DNA of 64,000 nt from Candidatus Zhuqueibacterota bacterium (GCA_049322915.1 JBMOPW010000016.1:135971-199970), one strand, 5' to 3'; positions 27,871 to 38,005 are shown, counted from the stretch's first letter. Program-made: numbers and translations. Notes: a model not told the origin generated them from the sequence alone.

Positions 27871-28739
27871 AAGAACTGACAATTATCAGCGGCAAAGGCG
27901 GCACTGGCAAAACGAGCATCACAGGCTCTTTTGCAGCATTGGCGAAAAATAAAGTGATGGCCGACTGCGATGTGGATGCGGCGGACCTCCACCTGATCCT
28001 CAAACCTGAAATAAAACAGCGATCGGATTTTTCCGGAGGTAAAGTGGCTTCGATCAATCCGGATGCCTGCACCGGTTGCGGAAAATGTGTGGAAGTGTGC
28101 CAGTTCAATGCCATCAGCGACGATTTTGTGGTTGACCCTGTCTCCTGCGAGGGCTGCTCGGTCTGCGTTCATTTTTGCCCGGTCAATGCCATTGACTTCG
28201 ACGCAGTGGTCAACGGCGAATGGTATATTTCAGAGACGCGATTCGGGCCGATGGTTCACGCTCGGTTGGGAATTGCCGAAGAGAATTCCGGCAAACTGGT
28301 CTCTGTGGTGAGGCAGCAAGCCAGACAGTTGGCTGAACAACGGGGATTGGAATTAATTATCGTTGATGGGGCTCCGGGAGTCGGCTGCCCGGTCATTTCT
28401 TCGCTCACCGGGACGCAGGCTGTACTCATTGTCACGGAACCGACTCTGTCCGGCATGCACGATTTGAAGCGGGTTGTCGAACTCTCCAGGGAACATTTCA
28501 ACATTCCGACCTATGTCTGCATCAATAAATTTGATCTTAATGTGCGAGTGAGCGACCAGATTGAGTCATTTTGCAGGGAGCAGAATATCGTGCTGGTTGG
28601 CAAAATTCACTACGACACTGTATTCACTCAGGCGATGATCCACGAAAAAACAGTCGTGGAGTACTCGCGCGGTGAGGTGACGAAAGATCTCCAGGCCATC
28701 TGGGATCGACTCAAGGCAGATTTAAATCTGAACGAATAG
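27867..28739 (+). CDS. MinD-superfamily P-loop ATPase with inserted ferredoxin domain (second paralog)
   Basis: ISGKGGTGKTS, DCDVDAADL, CTGCGKC..VC, CEGCSVC..FCP, ENSGKLV, PGVGCPVI. Confidence 0.9.
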   Translation: MKELTIISGKGGTGKTSITGSFAALAKNKVMADCDVDAADLHLILKPEIKQRSDFSGGKVASINPDACTGCGKCVEVCQFNAISDDFVVDPVSCEGCSVCVHFCPVNAIDFDAVVNGEWYISETRFGPMVHARLGIAEENSGKLVSVVRQQARQLAEQRGLELIIVDGAPGVGCPVISSLTGTQAVLIVTEPTLSGMHDLKRVVELSREHFNIPTYVCINKFDLNVRVSDQIESFCREQNIVLVGKIHYDTVFTQAMIHEKTVVEYSRGEVTKDLQAIWDRLKADLNLNE

Positions 28740-28750
28740 AGGATTTTCAA

Positions 28751-29233
28751 TTGTCGGGTAAAATTGAAGTAACGCCCATTGGTATTATTCGTACTCCGTA
28801 CACGGAGCCTCGCGACATCCCCATTCAGGGTACCTTCAAAGCGGATGTCGAAGGCTGGATTGAGCTTGCGCCGGAATATGAACAAGGATTGAAAGACCTG
28901 GGTGGTTTCAGTCATGTGATTCTCATTTATTATTTTCACCGGACGCGCGAAGTGAAATTGCAGGCAAAGCCGTATCTCGAAGATGCAGAGCATGGAATCT
29001 TTGCCATTCGCAGTTCGAACCGGCCCAATCATCTGGGACTATCGATCGTTAAAGTGGTTCGGATTGAAAAGAATGTATTGTTTTTCAGCGAAGTGGACAT
29101 GCTGGACGGTACGCCGCTGCTGGATATTAAACCCTATTGCCGCTATTTTGATTCGCGGGAAAATACAGTGTGCGGCTGGATAGAGAAACATTTTGAAAAT
29201 AATCAGGTGCCCGAGCGAACCATCCTTCATTGA
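28751..29233 (+). CDS. trmO: tRNA (N6-threonylcarbamoyladenosine) methyltransferase TrmO/TsaA family
   Basis: PIGIIRTPY, GLKDL..FSH, GIFAIRSSNRPNHLGLS, DMLDGTPLLDIKPY. Confidence 0.85.
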   Translation: MSGKIEVTPIGIIRTPYTEPRDIPIQGTFKADVEGWIELAPEYEQGLKDLGGFSHVILIYYFHRTREVKLQAKPYLEDAEHGIFAIRSSNRPNHLGLSIVKVVRIEKNVLFFSEVDMLDGTPLLDIKPYCRYFDSRENTVCGWIEKHFENNQVPERTILH

Positions 29234-29501
29234 AAAGCGTTGAATGATTGCACCTTTTAAATTCGGCACGTGTGAATGGTCTGCCGGTAATAAAAACCGT
29301 CGACCCGTTCTGCATTTCACTCAATTCCTGACCTTGTCGAGTTGAGAAAGTCAAATAAAAAATCGCATTGCTGAAAATTCGATCACCGAGATGCCGGAAC
29401 GAGAGTAATGTTCCGTGAACAGCAAATCTTCCACTGCCAGGACACTGAATTATTAATCCCTGCAAAGGACTCGAACAGCAATAAACCAACAGGAGAAGCG
29501 T

Positions 29502-29897
29502 ATGAAAGTTGCAATTTCAACAGATAGCGGTCATGTATCAGCTCATTTCGGACGATGTCCGGAATTTACAATTTGCACGATTGAGGATGGCAAGGTAGTC
29601 CGAAAAGAGATAATAGCCAATCCGGGGCATCAGCCGGGATTTTTGCCGCAGTTTTTTGGAGATCAGGGAGTCCATGTGGTAATTGCCGGCGGCGCCGGTC
29701 AGAGAGCGCAATCGCTATTTACTGAAAAAAACATACAGCTTATTTTAGGCGCTGTTGGCACGATTGATCAGGTTCTGAATGAGCTTTGCCAGGGCACATT
29801 GGTTGGCGGTGAAAGCCTCTGTCAGCCAGGCGTTGGAAAGGGCTATGGCGTAGAAAAAGATGAATGCGATCACGGCGGTGATCATCACCATCATTAA
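29502..29897 (+). CDS. NifB/NifX-family protein with His-rich tail
   Basis: VSAHFGRCPEF, NPGHQPGFLP, IAGGAG; ends CDHGGDHHHH. Confidence 0.88.
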   Translation: MKVAISTDSGHVSAHFGRCPEFTICTIEDGKVVRKEIIANPGHQPGFLPQFFGDQGVHVVIAGGAGQRAQSLFTEKNIQLILGAVGTIDQVLNELCQGTLVGGESLCQPGVGKGYGVEKDECDHGGDHHHH

Positions 29898-29937
29898 ACC
29901 GAATTCTCTTTGAAGGAAAATTTTAGGAGAACACAGT

Positions 29938-30180
29938 ATGCCCACCTATGTCTATCGATGTAACACCTGCGGATTTGAATTTGAAAAGTTACAGTCGATG
30001 ACCGACGCTGCGCTCACTGCATGTCCGCAGGCAGGTTGCTCCGGATCCGTCTTGAGGGTGATAACCGGCGGCGGTGGCTGGCTGATGAAAAGCAACACCA
30101 GTCACAGCGGCCAGCACGAAACCTGTTGTTCCAAAGGCGAACCGTGCGACCATCCCAAAAGATGTTGTGAACATGATTGA
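29938..30180 (+). CDS. FmdB-family zinc-ribbon protein with Cys/His-rich tail
   Basis: MPTYVYRCNTCGFEFE...CPQAGC; tail HETCCSKGEPCDHPKRCCEHD. Confidence 0.85.
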   Translation: MPTYVYRCNTCGFEFEKLQSMTDAALTACPQAGCSGSVLRVITGGGGWLMKSNTSHSGQHETCCSKGEPCDHPKRCCEHD

Positions 30181-30193
30181 TTGTTGATGCAAT

Positions 30194-30224
30194 AAAAAAG
30201 GCTACCTTGTGGGGTAGCCTTTTT
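30194..30224. terminator. Bidirectional intrinsic terminator
   Basis: AAAAAAGGCTACC-TTGTGG-GGTAGCCTTTTT between convergent genes. Confidence 0.85.
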
Positions 30225-30246
30225 CGTTGTAAATTTCTCTACATTG

Positions 30247-30951
30247 TTATAAGTTCGTACTACGGTATTTATCCCACAGCTTCATAATGGCTGGAATATA
30301 ATTTCGGGTCTCTGAAAATAATATTCCATCGGCTTTGTCCTTTTTAATCCACAGAGAAGCTTGTTTCTCGCCCCCGTTGTAAGCGGCCAGCCCGCCATCA
30401 ATCCCGTAATAGGAAATGAGCGTTGAAAGATATCTGCAGCCCATCCGAATGTTGTAGATTGGATTGGTCAATGTTTCATCGGCGCTTGTCCAGACGATGT
30501 CCTCGTATTTAGCGAGGTACACACCCGTTGCCGGCATAATTTGCATCAATCCGATCGCACCGGCCGGTGACACGACATTTGGATTCCAGGTCTGGGCCGA
30601 TTCGTGAGTGATGGTCGCGCAAATCAGATCAACATCCAGATTGGTATATTTCAGGCTCAGGTTATAAATCTCATTGGCCAGATCATATTTATCAACCGAC
30701 GAAATTTCCTTATTATAAATGTCGACGATGGACATTATTTTCTGGATGTTGTATTGCCGCTGACTATCCACGCTCATGGCAGCGCGAAGATTATTCACCG
30801 CGTGCTCAAGGCTCATCATTTTTTGTTTGGTTTCATCCGTCGTATCGAAATACTTATAGGTGAAACCAATGACTGTAATCGATATAAGAACAATCAGAAG
30901 AATTTTCAACGGAAGTTGAATATATCGATATAGTGGGATGTCTTTTCTCAT
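30247..30951 (-). CDS. Lytic transglycosylase (SLT domain) with N-terminal membrane anchor
   Basis: ITHES, SPAGAIGLMQIMPAT, NIRMGCRYL, LAAYNGG, ETRNY. Confidence 0.9.
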   Translation of the reverse strand: MRKDIPLYRYIQLPLKILLIVLISITVIGFTYKYFDTTDETKQKMMSLEHAVNNLRAAMSVDSQRQYNIQKIMSIVDIYNKEISSVDKYDLANEIYNLSLKYTNLDVDLICATITHESAQTWNPNVVSPAGAIGLMQIMPATGVYLAKYEDIVWTSADETLTNPIYNIRMGCRYLSTLISYYGIDGGLAAYNGGEKQASLWIKKDKADGILFSETRNYIPAIMKLWDKYRSTNL

Positions 30952-31528
30952 CGTGTTATCTCCTTTATCTTAAACAAATAATTTCAATGTTAGCAACAAC
31001 CTACGAACCGCAATTTTTGTTTTTAAAAACTTTGATGTTAAACGTAGTATTTTTTATTAAGTTTCATTTAAATAGGGAAATTTCGTTTTCAATGTTCAAT
31101 GAGCATTAACTTGCAAATATAGCAATCCTTTCTTTGTTAGCTTAATGTATCTTTTTTTAGACAATGTCAATGTGATTCAAATCAAATTTTTTACTTGAAA
31201 ATAATATGTGTTACAAACTAATTATAAAATTAACAATCGAATGAGTGTTAATAACTATTAAGTGCTTATAAACAAAGAAACAATCTTCTGAATTGAACAA
31301 TTTTTAACAATGTGCGTCACAATAACTTTAAATTTTCATGGTGATTTTCCACCGCGATAGCGACGTCATGGACAAGTCGCCACAGAAAGCCTGATGCGGG
31401 ATTTACTCCTGCCAGTGCAATCTGATGAGGCAGACTCGGGCCCGGCGCATCCAGTGGAGGCCAGAAAGATGGTTTGCGCATCATTCAGTTGGACGAAATT
31501 TTACCTCAGTCGGTTACGTTGCCTGTGT

Positions 31529-33406
31529 TCAAGAGCGAATGGGCTGCACCATATTTTCCGGTTTTAAAATGTGGTCCAACTGCTCACGGGAAAGGTATCC
31601 TTTCTCTAATACAATATCGTACACTTTTCTCCCGGAGCTTAGCGCTTCTTTTGCAACTTCGCTACTTTTTTCATACCCAATGTAGGGATTCAGTGCCGTC
31701 ACGAGGCCGATGCTACTCTCCACCAAATCCCGAGCGTGCTGTTTGTTGGCTGAAATGCCTTTCACCGTTCGTTCGCTCAGAACAATGCACGCCTGGCGCA
31801 GATGATTGATACTGCTGAACAGCGAATAAGCAATGATCGGCTCCATGACATTCAATTGAAGCTGCCCTGCTTCAGCGGCCATAGTCACAGTCACATCATG
31901 GCCGACCACTTCGAATGCCACCTGATTCACCACTTCGGGAATGACCGGATTCACTTTGCCCGGCATGATGCTGCTGCCCGGTTGCATGGGCGGCAGGTTG
32001 ATTTCATGGATTCCAGCCCGCGGTCCGCTCGATAGCAGCCGTAAATCGTTGCAAATTTTACTCAGTTTGACAGCCACGCGTTTGAGTACGCCGGAAAGCT
32101 GCACGTACGCCCCGGTATCCTGTGTGGCCTCGACAAGGTTCACCGCGGTTTTTAAATCAAGTTGAGTAATTTCCGTCAGATATTTACAGACAATATCTGA
32201 ATACCCCGGCGGCGCGTTGAGCCCGGTGCCAATGGCTGTCGCACCCAGATTAATTTCTTTCAATAATTGCATGGCCTCGGAAACGCGGCTGATATCTTCG
32301 TCGATCATGGTGGAAAATGCGCTGAACTCCTGGCCCAGTGTCATGGGAATGGCGTCCTGCAATTGAGTCCTTCCCATTTTAATCACATCCGAGAATTCAA
32401 TGGATTTCTGCTGGAACGCATCTCTCAATTCTTCCATCCCTGTCACCAGCATTTGCAGGGCGAACAACAATCCCACCCGCATGGATGTGGGATAGGCGTC
32501 ATTGGTGCTTTGGCTGAGATTGACGTGATTGTTGGGATGAACGATGTCGTAACGGCCAAATGGGTAGCCCAGAATTTCCAGCGCCCGATTGGCGATCACT
32601 TCATTTGCATTCATATTGGAACTGGTTCCGGCGCCTCCCTGAATCACATCTACTACAAAATACTGATGATGCTCGCCTTCTATAATTTCATCGCAGGCCT
32701 GGCAAATCGGGCGGCACTTTTCCGGCTCGAGCAGGTTCAACTCCTCATTGGCAAGTGCGGCCGCTTTTTTCACCATGGCCAATGCTTTGATCAGATTGGG
32801 AAACGTGCGAATCGGAATCCCGGAGATCGGAAAATTTTCCATGGCCCGCAGCGTCTGAATGCCGTACATAGCCCGCTCCGGTAAATCGCGCTCTCCCAAC
32901 AGATCCTGCTCCTGTCGCGTTCGTTCAATGGGCGCAAGTCCCGGAATATAGGCTAAACGCTGCGCGAGAAGAACGCCGGCCGACTCTATCATGCGCAGAT
33001 AGGTTTCGCTGTCCTTCTTTTGAATTTTTAAAAGTTCATCTTTATGCAGGAAAATGACAGTCACATCGGACAGCGCGCGCGCCGAAGTCATGTGAGGTAT
33101 GTCTTTGGACAACAGAATTCGCTCGCCCAACAATTTGCCCTGGCCTAATACGGTCAACTGAACCGGGTGATCGCCGATGCCTTTCAGAATTTCAACCGTG
33201 CCATGAACGATGAGAAAGATGCCCTTGCGTGGCATACTTTCATGAAACAGAAAATTTCCCGCCAGGTAAGAAATTGCCTGCACAAAGCTGGCAATGAATG
33301 TGATCTGTTTCTCGTCCAGCCCGGAAAAGATCGGAACCTGGTGAACATATTTTAAGATGTCCTGCTGTGATAGTTTGGCTGCAACGCCATTGTTTTTTGT
33401 CTTCAT
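31529..33406 (-). CDS. aspA: Aspartate ammonia-lyase fused to an N-terminal cyclic-nucleotide-binding domain
   Basis: Residues ~15-150 CAP_ED-like (VPIFSGL...LFHE...GTVEI...GKLLGE...TSARALSD); then DLLGE, YGIQTLRA, QGGAGTS.NMN, SQSTND, GSSIMPGKVNP. Confidence 0.92.
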   Translation of the reverse strand: MKTKNNGVAAKLSQQDILKYVHQVPIFSGLDEKQITFIASFVQAISYLAGNFLFHESMPRKGIFLIVHGTVEILKGIGDHPVQLTVLGQGKLLGERILLSKDIPHMTSARALSDVTVIFLHKDELLKIQKKDSETYLRMIESAGVLLAQRLAYIPGLAPIERTRQEQDLLGERDLPERAMYGIQTLRAMENFPISGIPIRTFPNLIKALAMVKKAAALANEELNLLEPEKCRPICQACDEIIEGEHHQYFVVDVIQGGAGTSSNMNANEVIANRALEILGYPFGRYDIVHPNNHVNLSQSTNDAYPTSMRVGLLFALQMLVTGMEELRDAFQQKSIEFSDVIKMGRTQLQDAIPMTLGQEFSAFSTMIDEDISRVSEAMQLLKEINLGATAIGTGLNAPPGYSDIVCKYLTEITQLDLKTAVNLVEATQDTGAYVQLSGVLKRVAVKLSKICNDLRLLSSGPRAGIHEINLPPMQPGSSIMPGKVNPVIPEVVNQVAFEVVGHDVTVTMAAEAGQLQLNVMEPIIAYSLFSSINHLRQACIVLSERTVKGISANKQHARDLVESSIGLVTALNPYIGYEKSSEVAKEALSSGRKVYDIVLEKGYLSREQLDHILKPENMVQPIRS

Positions 33407-33471
33407 CGCTTTGTTGTCATTCGAAAAAATGATCCTGAGTTACCATTCATCGGGCTTAAAAAATTGGCGTG

Positions 33472-33500
33472 AATGTAAGGACAATAATTTAGATTGTCAA
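33472..33500 (-). promoter_or_regulatory. sigma70-type promoter of aspA with overlapping palindrome
   Basis: TTGACA-N17-TACATT on the minus strand; GACAAT-N7-ATTGTC at 33480-33498. Confidence 0.6.
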
Positions 33501-34025
33501 CCTTTTTTTTATTAAGTTTCGAAAAAGTCACTAATTTTACCTTAGTCCAGTCGGGATGAGAATGGCCATGTTCTGCCAGCAGCAGGTATTGCACATCAAT
33601 CCGAAGGCCAGATTCCGGGGCAATCGCAACCTGAATGGCGATAAAGATATACCGGGACAATTTTCTGAGCGGTAGAGGTTCTTTGCCGGGTAAAATGAAG
33701 TGGCTCTCGCGAACCGTCGTGACGCACAGATTTCTAATTTATCGTCATGTGCCCACTCCAAAGAGGGACTGACGCCCCAAAATCAGAGGTGAATTTCTGT
33801 TCCCTGAGTTAAAAGTGGGGGCTGTTCAACTTGTTTAACTTTTAACTTTTTCAAGAAAGTGCTACGTTATTTATGACGTGGAAAATATATCAGACCCAAC
33901 GTATCAAAGCCTTTTAAGGCTTTTTAGAGGCGACCCATTCATTGATGAAAAAATCGAACTATGGGATAATTCTTACGTTCAAGGTTTGTAAACGAATTGC
34001 CTGAACCATCTCACAGGAGTGCTCA

Positions 34026-35117
34026 ATGAAAAAATCGTTCGCGCTGTTCTTCATTTTCATCCTCTTTTTTTCTTGTTCAAAATCAGTGGAGTACAAAAAG
34101 ATAGAACTCAGTCTGGAAAAGAAAATCGGCGAAGACGTCGAATCCGAAGCCGCCTGGTTCAGTTCGCTCAATGACTTTTGGGTGGATGATTCCGGCAGAA
34201 TTTTTTGCGCTGACGGGACAGATGGCAAAATCAAAATCTTTGATGCAAGCGGCGCGCCTGAATTTAACTTTGGCAGCAAGGGTCAGGGACCTGGCGAGTT
34301 CTCCTACCCCAATTGCATTGCGGTTTCCCAAAGCGGGGATATCTTTGTGGCGGACGCCGGCCGACGCAGTCTCATCAAATTTGACGGGGCAGGGAAATTC
34401 ATCAATTCCATTCAGCTTGGGTCGCCCATCGTTCGAATGGAGCGATTCGAAAATGGAAATCTGGTTGTGGAAATCGCCCGCTTCGCGCTTGGAAAGGACA
34501 TCAAGGAATCGATATTCGAGCTCACCCTGTTTGACGAAGATTTGCACGAGATCAAAAACGGAATTTTCAGTCGGTCAGTCGAGCACTATGCCTGGATTGA
34601 CGTCAGCGAAGAGCATTCAGTGACTCAGCCCATTCCGTTTGCGCCGAGAATTGTGTGGCATGTCATCGGGAATCGCCTTTTCGTCGGGTACACGGATGAA
34701 TTCAAAATTTCAATTTTCGATGAAGCCGGAAATTTCCTGCAGGAATTTTCGAAGCAAGTGCCGAGGGAGAACGTGCCCGGCGCTGAGAAGGGAAAATGGA
34801 TTGAACGGACTTTGAAGAATTTCGAGGGAAGGCCGGGAATAAATCCCTCAATTCTGCAGAAGAGTATGGAGGGTGTGAACCTGCCGGCGATGAAGCCGGC
34901 GATTATACGGCTGAGCCGGATGGAAAATAATCTGCTTGTGTTTGGCAATGAAAGTGAAAAAGGATTTCCGGCCGCGCAGTTCAACGACAGCGGTGAGGAA
35001 CAGGAACAGGTCGTTTTCCCCTGCGATGATTTCAAATACTTTGGCGGAAAATATTATCGGATGATCATCTCGGACAATGCGACAGCGGTGTTGGCGATAT
35101 ACCACAGCAGCGAGTGA
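34026..35117 (+). CDS. 6-bladed beta-propeller (NHL-like) lipoprotein
   Basis: Lipobox FFS-C; FGSKGQGPGEFSYP..IAV...IFVAD. Confidence 0.8.
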   Translation: MKKSFALFFIFILFFSCSKSVEYKKIELSLEKKIGEDVESEAAWFSSLNDFWVDDSGRIFCADGTDGKIKIFDASGAPEFNFGSKGQGPGEFSYPNCIAVSQSGDIFVADAGRRSLIKFDGAGKFINSIQLGSPIVRMERFENGNLVVEIARFALGKDIKESIFELTLFDEDLHEIKNGIFSRSVEHYAWIDVSEEHSVTQPIPFAPRIVWHVIGNRLFVGYTDEFKISIFDEAGNFLQEFSKQVPRENVPGAEKGKWIERTLKNFEGRPGINPSILQKSMEGVNLPAMKPAIIRLSRMENNLLVFGNESEKGFPAAQFNDSGEEQEQVVFPCDDFKYFGGKYYRMIISDNATAVLAIYHSSE

Positions 35118-35196
35118 ATTCGCATTACGCGGCTGAACGCTTTGCTGCGGTCACAATTTTCAGCGTGCTGATTTGTATCTTTGCCTGGAAAGAGAA

Positions 35197-35226
35197 GCTG
35201 ACGACAGTTGCTATCCTGTCGTCAGC
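35197..35226. terminator. Strong hairpin between convergent genes
   Basis: GCTGACGACAG-N8-CTGTCGTCAGC; no clear T tract. Confidence 0.45.
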
Positions 35227-35371
35227 CAACTCGAACCCCGAACTGCAATTTCTCTGTGAAATTTCATCTATAAAACTTCGATGCGATGATGAACGAATCA
35301 CAGCAGCACCCTGCTTTGTGCGAATGCATTTTCTTCGGGACTGCGGTGCTTCTTTATTGTCGCGCCTTCTG

Positions 35372-36613
35372 CTATGGCGTCACATGATTCAACTCAAACT
35401 CATCGTAAATTTCGCCGGTTGCAGTGAAGCTTTGAAACTGCAACCGATCCCATTCGACTGAAATCACCTGAAAAAGCTGCACGTTATTTCCCAGTTTGGC
35501 CATCAATGACTCGAATTTTGGATTCAGGGAATAGACTTTTGGACCGCTGACCGATACGACGTACACCGTGCCTGGTTCCGAATCAGGCACTCTGACTCCA
35601 TCCCGCAATTTGAACGTGCGACCATAGGAGTGATCGTGTCCCTGAAGCACCAAATCGACATGGTGTCGATCGAACACCGGAATGAACAACTGGCGCATTT
35701 TTACGTGATCGCGTTCTTTCCCTGTGGAATAAAACGTCTGATGAATGGAGACAATCGTCCATCTGTTGGGGTTTTCTGTCAACAGACTATCCAGCCAATG
35801 CGCCTGTTCCTCCAGTTTTTCATTGCCGTTGAGCATGACGAATCGAACGCCCTGATAATCGAGGAAATAGGCGGATTCTTCCAGCCAGGCCGGGCCATTC
35901 TCAGGCAGCGTAAATTGAGGTCGCCACAAACGGCTCAGCCGCCTCATGACAAGATTGGCAATCGATTCCGGAAAATACTCATGGTTGCCGGGCAACAGAA
36001 TGAAAGGCATTGTCCGGGGAATCCAACCGGCGGCATAGAAAAATTCTCCCCATTGTTGGTCGTCGTTGCCGGAGTCCACAATATCCCCGGCGAGCAGCCA
36101 GAAACCAGCATCGGGGGCCTGCATATACGCCGCCCGAAAGATACGCGAACAGAGGCTCTTCAATTCATTTTGCGGATCGCCCAGAAAGGTAAATTTGAAA
36201 GGCTGAAATTCATTGCGCGCCGTCCTGAATTGGTTCCACTCACTCCATGAATTGCTATTCCCGACCCGATATGCGTACAGCGTATTTGGCGTCAGATCCG
36301 AAAAGACCGCTGAATGCTGGTAATACGTCTGATGTTCATCCACGGCGATTGCCAGAGATATGGCATCGACGGAGCGGGCTTTCTCCGCCAGATTCGACTG
36401 TGCAGTCGCCTGAACGATTTGCGCCTGCGAGTGTTTCGCTTCGTCAACTGTGCGCCAGGTAACGGCCAGACGGGTTGCCGGCGAGTCGGTGAGATTCAGA
36501 ACGATCCTGTCCGGCGCTTGAAGTTCCTGAGCATAATTGTTCGCGACAAGAGCGATGAGGAGAAGACAAAGAACGGTTGTCTTTTTCAGGTTCATAAATT
36601 TAAGTTGAATCAT
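35372..36613 (-). CDS. Purple-acid-phosphatase-like metallophosphoesterase with FN3 domain, secreted
   Basis: LTPNTLYAYRVG, GDPQ, GDIVD, GNHE, GHDHSY; start 36613 or 36595. Confidence 0.85.
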   Translation of the reverse strand: MIQLKFMNLKKTTVLCLLLIALVANNYAQELQAPDRIVLNLTDSPATRLAVTWRTVDEAKHSQAQIVQATAQSNLAEKARSVDAISLAIAVDEHQTYYQHSAVFSDLTPNTLYAYRVGNSNSWSEWNQFRTARNEFQPFKFTFLGDPQNELKSLCSRIFRAAYMQAPDAGFWLLAGDIVDSGNDDQQWGEFFYAAGWIPRTMPFILLPGNHEYFPESIANLVMRRLSRLWRPQFTLPENGPAWLEESAYFLDYQGVRFVMLNGNEKLEEQAHWLDSLLTENPNRWTIVSIHQTFYSTGKERDHVKMRQLFIPVFDRHHVDLVLQGHDHSYGRTFKLRDGVRVPDSEPGTVYVVSVSGPKVYSLNPKFESLMAKLGNNVQLFQVISVEWDRLQFQSFTATGEIYDEFELNHVTP

Positions 36614-36812
36614 AGTCACTTTCCCATTGATTGATGTGATCAGTGAAGGCGTGAAATAATGGATGAAAAATACCAAATCCTCACCATAGAAGCAAGCGAA
36701 AAATAGTGTGAAGTGAGATTAAATCATGACGCGCATCGTGGGTCAGACTCGGCGCGCGATGCGATGGAGCGTGGATTAAATCATTTCGGTCAGCGTGATG
36801 GGGTGAAAATCA

Positions 36813-36842
36813 CAAAGCCGCAGTTGACTACCTGCGGCTTTG
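36813..36842 (-). terminator. Intrinsic terminator of the lipoprotein gene
   Basis: CAAAGCCGCAG-N8-CTGCGGCTTTG, followed by TGATTTT on the minus strand. Confidence 0.7.
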
Positions 36843-36896
36843 CGACTCGAAACGAAGAGAGGGATTTGATTTATGTAACGATGAGGTACAGCGTTT

Positions 36897-37916
36897 TTAT
36901 AACAGCTTTCTCCATTTTCCGTGGAAGAATCCGTGACGTCCATCTTCCGCCGTGGCTTTCCAGTGACCCTGCAATGTGCCGATATTCGTGAAGCTGCGAT
37001 TGACCCAGCGTCCTTGCATCCAGCCCAGGGAGGTGTCGGTTGCATTGTATCCCCAGCGGCCGACGAGCAGTCCGCCAAACTGTCCGCTCAGAGAGATGTA
37101 TTTGCCAAAGAAGACCTTTTCGTCATTGCGATTCACACCCCAGATGCCTTTCAGATGGCCGGCGTGGGTGCCGATATTATTGATCCAGCGACCGTCAAAT
37201 TTCCCGCCGTTCGGACCAGTTTTCACCCATCGGCCTTCCAGGAATCCACCGCCGAACGGTATCACTTGCTTGTTGTAGGCCTGAATCGAAACGGTGTGAC
37301 CCTGTTCTGTGACAACTTCGACCAGTTCCAGGGAATCAAGTTCAGCATAGGTGAATGTTCGCGAGAACAGGCCTGTCGTGAAGGTGAACTCTCCATTGGT
37401 GTCCACGCTGTCGCGGTCTAAAATGACCAGCGAGATGCCATCGAAATGCGGGCCGGTGTAGGAAACCCATTGTACGTTCTGTTGATCCGGCCGTGGGAAA
37501 ACCACGTAGTCGTTATGTTCGAATTTAATCGCTCGCATCACACCCAGCACGCCCTGGTTGACGCTGGCTGTTCCTGACCAGTTGATGACGGTTGTCGCGG
37601 TAGAATCCATCTCCAGAAGTCCCCAGGTGATTCGGATGAAATAGGCGTTGACTGTATTGGAGTCCAGCGTTGCGCTGAATTCTGGATCTTCGACAACCGG
37701 ATCGTTCACTTCTTCATCTTCGGGAAAATCAGCGGCGATACTCGCATCACCGAATGCAGGCAACTCGTCGGAGGTATTAAATCCGCCGTACGCTTTATCC
37801 AAATCAGTCTCTTCCACCTGATCGTTTTCAGTGGGCGAATTTTTTGAGCAGCCACTCATGCCAAACATGGCGACCAGGGCCACGATGAGCAACGAAAATA
37901 CGAAATATTTTTTCAT
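36897..37916 (-). CDS. Hypothetical lipoprotein with repeated GxxxGxW motifs
   Basis: Lipobox MSG-C; acidic linker; about 8 Gly/Trp strand repeats at the C-terminus; RBS AGGAG. Confidence 0.8.
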   Translation of the reverse strand: MKKYFVFSLLIVALVAMFGMSGCSKNSPTENDQVEETDLDKAYGGFNTSDELPAFGDASIAADFPEDEEVNDPVVEDPEFSATLDSNTVNAYFIRITWGLLEMDSTATTVINWSGTASVNQGVLGVMRAIKFEHNDYVVFPRPDQQNVQWVSYTGPHFDGISLVILDRDSVDTNGEFTFTTGLFSRTFTYAELDSLELVEVVTEQGHTVSIQAYNKQVIPFGGGFLEGRWVKTGPNGGKFDGRWINNIGTHAGHLKGIWGVNRNDEKVFFGKYISLSGQFGGLLVGRWGYNATDTSLGWMQGRWVNRSFTNIGTLQGHWKATAEDGRHGFFHGKWRKLL

Positions 37917-37989
37917 GATTACTTCTCCTGATTGTTATGGTTGATGTGTATGGATTTAAATTTGGGATCCCTGTGTTACTGCCCAATTT

Positions 37990-38005
37990 TGCAAACGTCA
38001 GGCCA
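37990..38005 (-). promoter_or_regulatory. sigma54 (-24/-12) promoter
   Basis: Minus strand TGGCCT-GACGT-TTGCA, 73 nt upstream of ATG 37916. Confidence 0.6.
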
